Positions 40,608 to 50,702 are shown, counted from the first letter of the stretch. The stretch: 64,000 bases of DNA from an uncultured Actinomycetota bacterium (GCA_963766475.1 CAVXZS010000003.1:169778-233777); one strand, 5' to 3'. Notes: generated by a model not told the origin, from the letters alone. Made by a program: numbers and translations.

Positions 40608-42122
40608 TCAGGCGACCTTCACGATGAGCTGCTGGATGCCGGAGGAGCCCTCGGGGAAGGGGTCCATGCGGGCGGCCGGCTGGGTCTGGCCCTTGCCGTC
40701 GATCACGCGGCAGCTGAGGTTGTGGGAGCCGGGCTCGGCGGTCCAGGGGAGATACCACTGGCGCCAGTAGTCGTTGCCCGCGCTCGGGCCGAGCGTGGCG
40801 TCCTGCCAGGCGCTGCCGTCGATCTGGACCTGCACCTTCGCAACGCCGCCGTTCTGCTGGGCCCACGCGACGCCTCCGACGAACGTGTCGCCGGCGTCGA
40901 TGGTCTCGAGCACCTTGGGGGTGTCGATGCGGCTGGAGATCTTGATGGGGGCGTGGGTGGCCCAGTCGCGCCTGGTCCAGTAGGAGTCCTCGGCGGCGTA
41001 CGTCGTCAGCGTGATCCGCTCGATCCACTTGCAGGCGCTGATGAAGCCGTAGAGCCCGGGGACCACCATCCGCGCGGGGTAGCCGTGCTCACGAGGGAGC
41101 GCTGCGCCGTTCATGCCCAGCGCGATCATGGCGTCGCGGCCGTCGGTGGCGAGCTCGTAGGGCGTGCCGATCGTCATGCCGTCGACGTCGGTGCTGAAGA
41201 TCTGGTCCACGCCGTCCTTCACGCCCGCCTGCTCCAGCAGGTCGGTGAGGCGTACGCCGATCCACCGCGCGCCCCCGACGTAGGGACCACCGACGCTGTT
41301 GGAGACGCAGGTGAGCGTGATGTCGCGCTCGACGAGCGGCATCGCGAGCAGGTCGTCGAAGGTGAGCTCGAGCTCGTGGTCGACCATCCCGTCGATCTTG
41401 AGCGTCCAGCCGTCGAGGTCCACGATCGGGACGTCGAGCCTGGTGTCGACCCGGTAGAACTCGCTGGTCGCGGCCCGCAGCGGGGTGATGCCCGGGTGGT
41501 CCGCCTCGATCCCGGTCGGGAACGCCGGCGCGGGGTCGGCAGGTGCGGGGAAGGCGATGTCGGTCAGCCGGGCGCGGTACTTCCCGACCCAGCGCCCGGT
41601 GCCGGCCATGACGGCGGCGGCCGCGGCGAGCACCCCGGCACTGACCAGGACGCCGCGTCGCGAGGGCCCGGCCGACGTGCTCTCCGGCACGGGCACGCGG
41701 TCGGCCCTGCGGGCCAGCAGCCGCAGGGCACCGACGCCGGCGAGCGCGGTGGCCAGCGACGGCACGACGTCCCTCGGCTCGGCGGCCGGCCGGTGCAGTG
41801 CGGTGAACGCCGCGACCCCGACCAGCGCGAGCTGGAGCGCGGCGCCCAGGGCGAACCGGCGCCGCGCGAGCAGCCCCGCGACCGCGGCGAGCACCAGCAC
41901 GCCGCCCATCACCGAGCCGATCAGGACCCGCTTGTCGTTGGAGCCGAAGTGCTCGATCGCCCACTCCTTCATCGGAGTCGGCGTCAGGTCGATGACCTGG
42001 GAGCCGACCGCCAGCACCGGTGAGGAGGCGGGGTCGAGCAACGAGGCGACGAGGTGGCCGGCAGCGACGCCGACGAGGGTCGCGAGGACCCCGAACAGCG
42101 CATAGGTCGGTCGGCTCCTCAT
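40608..42122 (-). CDS. Membrane-anchored molybdopterin oxidoreductase (sulfite oxidase/MsrP-like)
   Basis: ITLTCVSN, EHGYPARMVVPGLYG and KWIERI; internal RRGVL Tat-like motif. Confidence 0.9.
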   Translation of the reverse strand: MRSRPTYALFGVLATLVGVAAGHLVASLLDPASSPVLAVGSQVIDLTPTPMKEWAIEHFGSNDKRVLIGSVMGGVLVLAAVAGLLARRRFALGAALQLALVGVAAFTALHRPAAEPRDVVPSLATALAGVGALRLLARRADRVPVPESTSAGPSRRGVLVSAGVLAAAAAVMAGTGRWVGKYRARLTDIAFPAPADPAPAFPTGIEADHPGITPLRAATSEFYRVDTRLDVPIVDLDGWTLKIDGMVDHELELTFDDLLAMPLVERDITLTCVSNSVGGPYVGGARWIGVRLTDLLEQAGVKDGVDQIFSTDVDGMTIGTPYELATDGRDAMIALGMNGAALPREHGYPARMVVPGLYGFISACKWIERITLTTYAAEDSYWTRRDWATHAPIKISSRIDTPKVLETIDAGDTFVGGVAWAQQNGGVAKVQVQIDGSAWQDATLGPSAGNDYWRQWYLPWTAEPGSHNLSCRVIDGKGQTQPAARMDPFPEGSSGIQQLIVKVA

Positions 42123-42130
42123 GCTCCTTG

Positions 42131-42156
42131 TTCGGAGCGGAGGCGTCGTCGGATGG
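42131..42156 (-). promoter_or_regulatory. SigK-type promoter (near-leaderless)
   Basis: CCATCC-N15-CCGAA, 8 nt before ATG 42122. Confidence 0.75.
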
Positions 42157-42486
42157 TTATGTGGCCGGGAGGCTCCCGGCGTAGGCGGTGCCGACCGCGA
42201 TCCAGCGGGTCAGGGCGTCGTCGTCGGCCACCGCGTCGGTCGTGACCCGGAGCCAGCCGTCCATCTCCTTGCCGCGCATCACCATCCGGCTCGCGCCCGG
42301 CTCGCCCACCAGCCGCTCGGTGTCGGCCGGGTCACAGCGGAGCATCAACCCGCCCTTGCCGCTCGCGACCACCGCCATGTGGCCGCCGAGCAGGAAGGCC
42401 AGGCCGCCGAACATCTTCCTCTCCACCACCGGGACCGCGGGCAGCAGCCCACGGATGCGCTCGGCGAGGTCCTCGTCGTAGGCCAT
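42157..42486 (-). CDS. TfoX N-terminal domain protein
   Basis: MAYDEDLAERIR..ERKMFGGLAFLLGGHM. Confidence 0.85.
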   Translation of the reverse strand: MAYDEDLAERIRGLLPAVPVVERKMFGGLAFLLGGHMAVVASGKGGLMLRCDPADTERLVGEPGASRMVMRGKEMDGWLRVTTDAVADDDALTRWIAVGTAYAGSLPAT

Positions 42487-42526
42487 CTCCAGATCCTCGC
42501 ACCGGCCTCCGACATGCCCGGGCGCG

Positions 42527-43273
42527 TCAGTCGCGACGCAGCGACTCGGGCGGGTCCAGCGCCGCGTCGACCGCCGCCCGAGCCAGGAGGCTGGTCGAGT
42601 CGAGGGTCGGCAACGGGGCCACGTCGGCCGTGAGGAGGAGAGGATGCTCGGTGCACACCAGCGCCACGGCGTCGCACCCGTCCGCGCCCAGGGCGCGCGC
42701 CACCGCGACGAACCGGTCCCGAGCCTCGGGGCGGAAGACACCGTGCACGAGCTCGTCGAAGGTGATGCGCTGTACGTCGCGCTGGTCGGCCTCGCTCGGC
42801 GCCGCGCTGTCGATGCCGTGGGCCGCGAGCGCCCGGGGGTAGAGGTCGGCGGTCATCGTCCACGCCGTGCCCATGATCCCGACCTTCCGGAAGCCGCGGG
42901 CCGCCGCCTCGGCCGCGACCACCTCGGCGATGTGGAGGCTGGGCAGCGCGAGCTCCGGGCCCGGGAGGTCGAGCGCGAGGTGCGCGGTGTTGTCGGGGCA
43001 GACGAAGAAGTCGCAGCCGGCCCGCGCCAGCCGCTCGACGCTCTCGGCCAGGATCGTCCGGATGGCCTCACGGTCGCCGGAGTGCCACGCGGGCATGCTC
43101 CGACCCATCGCGATGCAGTCGAGGGTCAGGTCGGGGTGCTGGTAGGCGCCGAGCCGCTCCTCGGCGTACCGCGCGATCTCCTGGTAGCAGTGCGCCGACC
43201 CCGGCACCGAGTGGCCGAGGACTCCGATGTGAAGCACGCGTGCTCCTTCTCTCCGGTGATGGGGTCCGGTCAT
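42527..43273 (-). CDS. Aspartate/glutamate racemase family protein
   Basis: CPDNTAH and ALVCTEHPL motifs; ATGA overlap with the GNAT gene. Confidence 0.85.
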   Translation of the reverse strand: MTGPHHRREGARVLHIGVLGHSVPGSAHCYQEIARYAEERLGAYQHPDLTLDCIAMGRSMPAWHSGDREAIRTILAESVERLARAGCDFFVCPDNTAHLALDLPGPELALPSLHIAEVVAAEAAARGFRKVGIMGTAWTMTADLYPRALAAHGIDSAAPSEADQRDVQRITFDELVHGVFRPEARDRFVAVARALGADGCDAVALVCTEHPLLLTADVAPLPTLDSTSLLARAAVDAALDPPESLRRD

Positions 43274-43716
43274 CGGCCGCGCAGCTCGAGCGCGACGTAG
43301 GGGATGGTGGCTCCGGGCAGTGTGTACCGCTCGACCTCGACGAAGCCCCGGGCCAGCGCGAACGCGAGCCCCTCCTCGTTGGAGGCGAGCACGACGGTCT
43401 CCACCGGCCGCTCGTCGGCCCAGCTCAGCGCCACTTCGAGTCCTCGGTTGAAGAGCAGGGTGCCGATGCCACGGCGGCGGAACGCCGGCAGCACCCGGGC
43501 GATCACCATCGCGCCCTCCTCGTCGGTGGGGCGGCGCACGGTCGAGTTCCCGACCGCGTCGTCTCCGAGGCACGCGAGCTCGAGGCGGTGCCGGCCCGAC
43601 CGCTCGCGCACGTCGTCGAGGGACAGCGGGTCGGTCGGGATGATCTCGTTGTGGACGCGCCGCCAGTCGACGACCTGCTGCTCGTCGGACACCTCCACGA
43701 AGCGCACGTCCTCCAT
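43270..43716 (-). CDS. GNAT acetyltransferase
   Basis: VLPAFRRRGIGT and FALARGF motifs. Confidence 0.88.
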   Translation of the reverse strand: MEDVRFVEVSDEQQVVDWRRVHNEIIPTDPLSLDDVRERSGRHRLELACLGDDAVGNSTVRRPTDEEGAMVIARVLPAFRRRGIGTLLFNRGLEVALSWADERPVETVVLASNEEGLAFALARGFVEVERYTLPGATIPYVALELRGR

Positions 43717-43735
43717 GTGCGGCAGTCTTCACCCT

Positions 43736-44506
43736 GTGACAGACACCCCGAACGAGCTGGTCCACCTCGACGCGGCCGGCGACCTCGCCGAGGGGGTCGC
43801 GACGATCACGCTGGACAGCCCGAGCAACCGCAACGCGCTGTCACGACAGCTGGTGACCGAGCTGTTCGCGCGGCTCGAGGCAGCTGAGGCGGACGACGCG
43901 ACCAGGGTCGTGCTGGTCCGCTCGTCGGGGAGGGTGTTCTGCTCCGGCGCCGACCTGACCGAGGCGTCGGCAGGGGGCATGGAGCAGGGTGCGCGGGAGA
44001 TCGTCCGGCTGCAGCGGCTGATCGCCACGATGGGCAAGCCGGTCGTGGTCGAGGTCGGCGGCCCGGTGCGCGCCGGGGGCATCGGCATCGTGGCCGCTGC
44101 CGACCTCGCCGTCGCCGCCGAGGACGCGACGTTCGCGCTGACCGAGGTCAAGCTCGGGCTGGCCGCGGCGATCATCTCGCTCACCGTGCACCACCGGATG
44201 AGCCCGCGCGCCGCGGCGCTGACCACGCTCGGCGGCGAGGTGTTCAGCGGGACCGAGGCCGCGGCGTACGGATTGGTGACCAGGGCCGTGCCGGCCGACG
44301 ACCTCGCCGACGAGGTACGCCGGACCTGCGCGAGCCTCGCGACCGGCGCCGCCCAGGGGCTGCGCGAGTCGAAGCGGATCCTCAACCGCGACCTGGTCGC
44401 CCGGATCGACGCGCACGGTGAGGAGATGGCGGCGCTGAGCGCGAGCCTGTTCGCCTCGGACGAGGCCAAGGCGGCGATGACCGCCTTCCTGTCGCGCAAG
44501 CGCTGA
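43736..44506 (+). CDS. Enoyl-CoA hydratase (EchA7-like)
   Basis: NRNALS, FCSGADL and FALTEVKLG motifs. Confidence 0.9.
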   Translation: MTDTPNELVHLDAAGDLAEGVATITLDSPSNRNALSRQLVTELFARLEAAEADDATRVVLVRSSGRVFCSGADLTEASAGGMEQGAREIVRLQRLIATMGKPVVVEVGGPVRAGGIGIVAAADLAVAAEDATFALTEVKLGLAAAIISLTVHHRMSPRAAALTTLGGEVFSGTEAAAYGLVTRAVPADDLADEVRRTCASLATGAAQGLRESKRILNRDLVARIDAHGEEMAALSASLFASDEAKAAMTAFLSRKR

Positions 44507-44636
44507 CAGGACACCGGGCCTCCCCTCACCCGAATGGATGCTCTGCCGGGCGGGATCGCGGGTTAGGCTTGGGAGCTTGCCCCTTCACGGGGACAGCCAC
44601 CTGATCCACACGGGATGGGCCGAGGGGACGACTCAT

Positions 44637-46853
44637 TTGAACGACGCACTGGTCGAAGGCGAGATCCGAGCCGAGCAGGCTTTCGTCGACCGGGTCTACC
44701 TCCAGCTGGCGGAGTCTGCCCGCAACGCCCAGCAGCTGGCCCGCGAGGGACAGAACCGCGGCAAGCTGGGCCACGAAGGCGGCCTGGTCGAGCGGGACGC
44801 GATGGTCTACCAGGCCGCGCGCCGGATCGCGCAGCTCGACGCCGCTCACGAGGGGCTGGTCTTCGGGCGCCTCGACATGCAGCACACCGTCGACCGCGAG
44901 CCGCGCTACATCGGCCGGATCGGGCTGCGCGACGGGCACCGCGACTCGCTCCTCATCGACTGGCGCGCGCCCGCGGCCGCGGTGTTCTACCAGGCGACCG
45001 CGGCCGAGCCGCGCACGGTGGTGCGCCGCCGGGTGCTGCGCTCGTCGGGCCCCAGGGTCGTCGGCGTCGAGGACGAGCTGCTCGACGCGGAGGCTCTCGC
45101 CGAGCTCGAGGCCGACGGGGTGGAGCTCCCGATCGTCGGCGAGGGCGCGCTGATGGCGCAGCTCTCGCGCGCCCGCGACCGGCAGATGCACTCCATCGTC
45201 GCGACCATCCAGGCCGAGCAGGACCTGGCGATCCGCGCCCCGAGCCGTGGTGTCGTCTCGATCAGTGGCGGCCCGGGCACGGGCAAGACCGTGGTCGCGC
45301 TGCACCGCATCGCCTACCTCCTCTACACCGACCGGCGCCGCTACGAGAGCGGCGGCGTGCTCGTGGTCGGTCCCAGCGGGGTCTTCATGCGCTACATCGA
45401 GCGGGTGCTCCCCAGCCTGGGAGAGGCCGCGGTGGCGCTGCGCTCGCTGGGCGAGGTCGTCGACGGCCTGCGCGCCACGCGTCACGACGAGCCGGCGGTG
45501 GCCGACATCAAGGGCTCGGCCCGGATGGCGACGATGCTGCGGCGCGCGGCCCGGCTGCAGGCGCCCGGGAGCCCGGAGCAGTTCCGCGTGTTCTGGCGCG
45601 ACGACGTGCTCACCCTCGAGCGCGGCATGCTCGGCCGGGTCCGCCGGCAGCTGATGTCGCAGGGCCGGCGCAACCGGCAGCTGCCCCGGGTGCCGGGCGC
45701 GCTGCTCGACGCCCTCTGGAGCCAGGTCCGCGGGGAGCGCGGCCTCGACCGTGGGCGGGAGGCGTTCGACGCCGACCTGCTCGGCGACGACGAGTTCCTC
45801 GACTTCGTGGTCGGGTGGTGGCCGCCGCTCGACGCGCACGCCGTCCTCGGCTGGCTGCGTGACCCGGAGCTGCTCGCCCAGGTCTCCGACGGGCTGCTCA
45901 GCCACGAGGAGCAGCGGCTGCTCGCCAAGTCGTGGGGGTCGCAGGGCAGCGGCGACGAGATCGCGCTGTCCGTGGAGGACGTGCCGCTGATCGACGAGCT
46001 GCGCTACGCCCTGGGCGACGTGCCCCAGCGCACCGACGACGAGCGCGACCTCGACGAGACGTCCCTCCTGGAGGGCGGCGTCGACATGCAGGAGCTGCTG
46101 ACCGCCTCCGACCGCGAGTACGCACCGTCCGGCCGCGCCTGGGCGCCGCCGACGCACCGGCTCGAGGACGACCCGTTCTCCCACGTCCTGATCGACGAGG
46201 GCCAGGACCTCACTCCCATGCAGTGGCGGATGGTCGGCCGGCGCGGCAAGACGGCGTCGTGGACGATCGTCGGCGACCCCGCGCAGTCGTCGTGGCCGGA
46301 CCCGGCCGAGGCCGCCGAGGCCCGCGCGACCGCGCTCGAGGGCAAGGAGCGCCACGACTTCCACCTCTCGACCAACTACCGCAACTCCTCGGAGATCTAC
46401 GAGTACGCCGCGGCGTACGCCCAGCGCGTCGGGCTCGACGCCGACCTGCCCACCGCGGTGCGGTCGACGGGGGTCGAGCCGCAGGTGGTCACCGGGGTCA
46501 CCGACCTCGAGTCGGCGACCCGTGAGGCCGTGCTCGACGTCGCCACTCGCGTCGCGGGCACGGTCGGGATCGTGGTGCCGGTCGCGCGCCGGTCCGAGGT
46601 CAACGCCTGGCTCGCGTCATGGCCGGAGCTGGCCGCGGACGCGCCGGGCGCGCGGGCCGCGATCGACTCGTCGGTGACGCCGTCGGGCGAGGACCGCGTG
46701 GTGGTGCTGACCGGCCTCGACACCAAGGGTCTGGAGTTCGACGCGATCGTCGTCGTCCGCCCGGAGGAGATCGAGGCGGAGTCGGTGACCGGCCGCTCGA
46801 CTCTCTACGTCGTCCTGACCCGCGCGACCCAGCTGCTCACCACGATCTCCTGA
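44637..46853 (+). CDS. HelD/UvrD-like SF1 ATPase/helicase
   Basis: LIDWRAPAA, IVATIQAEQD, GGPGTGKT, DEGQD, KGLEFD and LYVVLTRA motifs. Confidence 0.9.
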   Translation: MNDALVEGEIRAEQAFVDRVYLQLAESARNAQQLAREGQNRGKLGHEGGLVERDAMVYQAARRIAQLDAAHEGLVFGRLDMQHTVDREPRYIGRIGLRDGHRDSLLIDWRAPAAAVFYQATAAEPRTVVRRRVLRSSGPRVVGVEDELLDAEALAELEADGVELPIVGEGALMAQLSRARDRQMHSIVATIQAEQDLAIRAPSRGVVSISGGPGTGKTVVALHRIAYLLYTDRRRYESGGVLVVGPSGVFMRYIERVLPSLGEAAVALRSLGEVVDGLRATRHDEPAVADIKGSARMATMLRRAARLQAPGSPEQFRVFWRDDVLTLERGMLGRVRRQLMSQGRRNRQLPRVPGALLDALWSQVRGERGLDRGREAFDADLLGDDEFLDFVVGWWPPLDAHAVLGWLRDPELLAQVSDGLLSHEEQRLLAKSWGSQGSGDEIALSVEDVPLIDELRYALGDVPQRTDDERDLDETSLLEGGVDMQELLTASDREYAPSGRAWAPPTHRLEDDPFSHVLIDEGQDLTPMQWRMVGRRGKTASWTIVGDPAQSSWPDPAEAAEARATALEGKERHDFHLSTNYRNSSEIYEYAAAYAQRVGLDADLPTAVRSTGVEPQVVTGVTDLESATREAVLDVATRVAGTVGIVVPVARRSEVNAWLASWPELAADAPGARAAIDSSVTPSGEDRVVVLTGLDTKGLEFDAIVVVRPEEIEAESVTGRSTLYVVLTRATQLLTTIS

Positions 46854-46902
46854 GTCCTCGCGTTTTCAGGTGGTCCGGCTCGCCGTGGCACAGTTCTGCC
46901 CC

Positions 46903-48018
46903 GTGCGCCGCGCCCTCGTCATCCTGCTCGCCGTACTGACCTTGGCCGCCGGGCTCTCGGTGCTGACCGGCTCGCCCGCGGACGCCGCAGCGTCGGTCGA
47001 CAAGCGACTCAGCGCGGGCCAGTGCGCGCTCACCGGACGGGTCTGGGTGGCCGGCAGGGGCTGCGCGCGGCACTACTGCGTCAAGGGCGCCACCATGTTC
47101 AAGGAGGGCCACGACGCCGAGCTGTGCCGGATGCGGGGCCGCCACGGCGCCGAGTACGCCCGCCCGATCAATTCCCGCCGCTGCAAGGACCTGGGGCGCG
47201 TCTGGATCGGCGAGATCAACTCCTGCGCGTCCAACCCCAACCGGGCGCGGTACGTCGTGCCGAACGCCCCGCAGTGCCGCGGCGCCGGCAGGATCTACGT
47301 CAACCACAGCGAGGAGGAGGGCCGCTACGACGAGTGCCTGACCTCCGGTCGTGCCGCGAAGCTGCTCAGGATCGCCAAGCGGAGCAAGCAGTCCCTCAAC
47401 GAGGCGGCGCTCGACCGCAACCGGTTCAACTGCTCCTACCGCGCCGGCTGGGTGATGCAGCACGGCACCTGCGTGAAGCGCGAGGGTCCGGTGCCGGCCT
47501 CGCAGCAGGGCGGGTTCTTCATGACCGGCGACTCGGTGAGCTGGCGGGCCGACAACGAGCTCGCGGACCGGGAGCCCCACTGGGTCCTCGACCTGCGCCC
47601 CGGCCGCCGCCTCGACGAGCTGCCCGGCCGGCTCGCGTGGTTCCGCGCCAACCACGGCGACCCCGACCAGGTGATCATCCAGCTCGGCACCAACCGCCGG
47701 AAGGGCTTCAACGAGGGCGACTTCCGCGACACGATGCTTACGCTCCCGGCCACCACCCCCGTGCTGTTCCTCCTGCCCTACCGCAAGTTCAACGGCGACA
47801 ACGCCGGCCCGGTCGCGGCCACCAAGAAGTACGCCGGTTGGATGCGGGACCTGGCATCGCAGCGCCCGATGACCTGCCTGTCGGACTGGCCCAAGATCGC
47901 CGCCGCCCACCTGTCCTACCTCGTCGACGGCGAGCACCCCGACGCCCAGCACGAGCGCTGGTACGCGCGCTACGTCGTCCACGCCTGGGGCGACTGCGCC
48001 AAGCACCTCGGTCTCTGA
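46903..48018 (+). CDS. Secreted protein: Cys-rich N-terminus plus SGNH hydrolase domain
   Basis: Signal peptide; GDS, LGTN and DGEHP blocks. Confidence 0.75.
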   Translation: MRRALVILLAVLTLAAGLSVLTGSPADAAASVDKRLSAGQCALTGRVWVAGRGCARHYCVKGATMFKEGHDAELCRMRGRHGAEYARPINSRRCKDLGRVWIGEINSCASNPNRARYVVPNAPQCRGAGRIYVNHSEEEGRYDECLTSGRAAKLLRIAKRSKQSLNEAALDRNRFNCSYRAGWVMQHGTCVKREGPVPASQQGGFFMTGDSVSWRADNELADREPHWVLDLRPGRRLDELPGRLAWFRANHGDPDQVIIQLGTNRRKGFNEGDFRDTMLTLPATTPVLFLLPYRKFNGDNAGPVAATKKYAGWMRDLASQRPMTCLSDWPKIAAAHLSYLVDGEHPDAQHERWYARYVVHAWGDCAKHLGL

Positions 48019-48045
48019 GCAAGCGCACCTGCGGAACCCCGCGCA

Positions 48046-48552
48046 AGCGCTCGCCAACCCCGGTGGTTGTGAGGAGGGCGCTCTGCGCCCGTCTCGAAAC
48101 CTGGTGACCCGGGCTGGTACCAGCGCACGCTCAGAGGTTTCGAGACGCTTGCTGCGCAAGCTCCTCAACCACCGGTGGTCGAGGACCGCGCTCGGCATCC
48201 ACCGGGCTTGTCGAGGACGGCGCCGACCCCGGTGGTTGAGGAGGGCGCTCGGCAACCACCGGAGGTCGAGGACCGCGCTCGGCAATCTCCACCGGAGGTC
48301 GAGGACGCGCGGCGTGGTCGGCGTCCACCGGGCTGGTCGAGGACGGCGCTCGCCCACCCCGGTGGTTGAGGAGGGCGCTCTGCGCCCGTCTCGAAACCTG
48401 GTGACCGCGGGCTGGTGCCAGCGCACGCTCAGAGGTTTCGAGACGCTTGCTGCGCAAGCTCCTCAACCACCGGTGGTCGAGGACCGCGCTCGCCCACCAC
48501 CGGTGGTCGAGCGCTGGCTGCGGAGGTCTCGGCAGGCTCGACCGGCGGTGGG
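48046..48552. repeat. BIME-like mosaic: duplicated family-A pair, short ~30-bp units and one family-B copy
   Basis: ~150-bp block repeated about 298 bp apart; CCACCGG(T/A)GGTCGAGGAC units. Confidence 0.9.
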
Positions 48553-48593
48553 CGGCTCCGAGCCTTCCCGACGGCCGCATCTAGGCTTCGGCC

Positions 48594-50504
48594 ATGGAAC
48601 CCACACCTGATGCCCGGGCCGCGATCGCCGCGCTCCAGGGGCACGAGGCGTGGGCGATCATCCGTCGGTCCACGCGAGCCGGTGACCGCGACACCGTGGG
48701 GCTGGTCGGGGGACGTCGGCGCGTGGTGGAGTCGCTGCTCGACGTACCTCTCGAGACCGGCGCGCCCGCCGAGGGTCACATCGCGGACCGGCTGCTGGCG
48801 GTGCCGTTCCGGCAGGTGCGCGAGCGCGGGTTCGACGCGCACGACGACGGGACGCCGCTCGTGGTGGTCGACGTCGAGACCGAGCTGGAGTTCTCGGTGG
48901 AGGAGGTCGTCGCGGCGATCGACGACACCGGGGTGGAGTTCACCGACCGCGGCGGCTTCGAGACCGACGACCAGGAGTACGGCAAGCTCGTCGAGGCGGT
49001 CATCAAGGACGAGATCGGCCAGGGCGAGGGCGCGAACGTCGTCATCGGCCGGCACTACCGCGCGACCGTCGCGGACTGGGGACCCGACAAGGCGCTGACC
49101 GTGCTGAGGCGGCTGCTCGAGCGCGAGCGCGGTGCCTACTGGACCTTCCTCTTCTTCACCGGCGACCGCTACCTGGTCGGCGCCAGCCCGGAGCGGCACG
49201 TCTCGATCCACAACGGCGACGTCCGGATGAACCCGATCAGCGGCACCTTCCGGCTGCCCACCGAGCCGGGGGGCGACCTCTCGGCGCAGCTCATGGACTT
49301 CCTCCACGACGAGAAGGAGATCTACGAGCTGTTCATGGTCGTGGACGAAGAGCTCAAGATGATGTGCGACATCTGCCACGAGGGCGGTCAGGTGCTCGGG
49401 CCGTTCCTCAAGCCGATGAGCCGGCTCATCCACACCGAGTACCTCCTCGCGGGGCGCACCGACCGCGACCCCCGGGAGGTCCTGCGCGACACGATGTACG
49501 CCGCCACCGTGACCGGCTCGCCGGTCGAGAACGCCTGCCGGCTGATCAAGCAGTACGAGACCGAGGGCCGCGGCTACTACGGCGCCGCGCTCGCCGTACT
49601 CGGCCGTGACGCGCGGGGTGGCCCGGTCGTCGACAGCCCGATCGTGATCCGCACCGCCGACGTCGACCTCGAGGGCCGGCTGACGGTCACCGCGGGGGCG
49701 ACGCTGGTGCGCGACTCGGACGCGGCTCGCGAGGTCGCCGAGACGCACGCCAAGGCCGGCGGCATCCTGAGCGCCTTCGGGCTGGTGCCGCCCGCGCCGA
49801 CCCCGTCGGTGAACGTCGCGGAGCTGGTCAGCGACGAGGACGTGCTGCTCACCCTCAACCAGCGCAACCGCCGGCTGTCGTCGTTCTGGCTGACCGACCA
49901 GGCCGGGGCGCCGCCGGACCCGAGGCTGCGCGGCAGGAGCGTGGTGGTGCTGGACGGCGAGGACGACTTCGTCAACATGCTGCGCCACGTGCTCGGCGTG
50001 CTCGGGCTGACCAGCACGGTGGTGCGCTACGACGACTACGCCGAGGGCTGCCTCGACGGCTACGACCTGGTGATCGTCGGCCCCGGTCCGGGCGACCCGC
50101 GCGACGACGCCGACCCGAAGATGCTCACCCTGCGCGCGGCCACCGCCGGGCTGCTGGCGGCCGGGCGGCCGTTCCTGGCCGTCTGCCTCGGACACCAGGC
50201 CCTCTGCCACGAGCTCGGGATCCCGCTGGCCTTCAAGGACATCGTCTTCCAGGGCACCCAGTCGCCGGTGCAGATCGACGGGCGGACCGAGCGGGTCGGC
50301 TTCTACAACACCTTCGTCGGCCGGATGGCGCCGGACACCGTGCTGCCCGACGGTGTGCGGGTCGAGGCCGACCCCGAGACCGGAGACCTGCACGCCGTCT
50401 ACGGGCCGCACTACCGCGGCGTCCAGTTCCACGCCGAGTCGATCCTCACCGAGCACGGCTACGACCTGGTGCACCGGCTCGTCTCAGACCTCCTGCTGGA
50501 CTGA
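48594..50504 (+). CDS. Fused anthranilate synthase TrpE(G) / PhzE-like ADIC synthase
   Basis: GASPERH, MNPISGT, ELFMVVDEE and TVTGSP, then GATase GPGPG, VCLGHQ and QFHAES. Confidence 0.88.
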   Translation: MEPTPDARAAIAALQGHEAWAIIRRSTRAGDRDTVGLVGGRRRVVESLLDVPLETGAPAEGHIADRLLAVPFRQVRERGFDAHDDGTPLVVVDVETELEFSVEEVVAAIDDTGVEFTDRGGFETDDQEYGKLVEAVIKDEIGQGEGANVVIGRHYRATVADWGPDKALTVLRRLLERERGAYWTFLFFTGDRYLVGASPERHVSIHNGDVRMNPISGTFRLPTEPGGDLSAQLMDFLHDEKEIYELFMVVDEELKMMCDICHEGGQVLGPFLKPMSRLIHTEYLLAGRTDRDPREVLRDTMYAATVTGSPVENACRLIKQYETEGRGYYGAALAVLGRDARGGPVVDSPIVIRTADVDLEGRLTVTAGATLVRDSDAAREVAETHAKAGGILSAFGLVPPAPTPSVNVAELVSDEDVLLTLNQRNRRLSSFWLTDQAGAPPDPRLRGRSVVVLDGEDDFVNMLRHVLGVLGLTSTVVRYDDYAEGCLDGYDLVIVGPGPGDPRDDADPKMLTLRAATAGLLAAGRPFLAVCLGHQALCHELGIPLAFKDIVFQGTQSPVQIDGRTERVGFYNTFVGRMAPDTVLPDGVRVEADPETGDLHAVYGPHYRGVQFHAESILTEHGYDLVHRLVSDLLLD

Positions 50505-50608
50505 GTCCACCCTTTCGGGTGAGGAGGCCCTGACGCGGTGTGGACCATTTCGTGAACAGCGGCGGTTTTCGGCTGCACAACTCGCCGATGGGTGGTCGAA
50601 TGTCTGCA

Positions 50609-50646
50609 GGGCCCGATGGCGACTGCCCCCCAGCGCCATCGGGCCC
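50609..50646. terminator. Hairpin between convergent genes
   Basis: 13-bp stem GGGCCCGATGGCG / CGCCATCGGGCCC. Confidence 0.6.
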
Positions 50647-50702
50647 CTCTTCCTGTGAGAAGGACCTGGTCTCGCGCGACGACCTCGACGAGATCGTCGC
50701 GT

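Noticed and set aside
44540-44636. Rifamycin-associated element upstream of the HelD-like gene (HelR)
   Set aside because: No matching 19-bp palindrome is visible.
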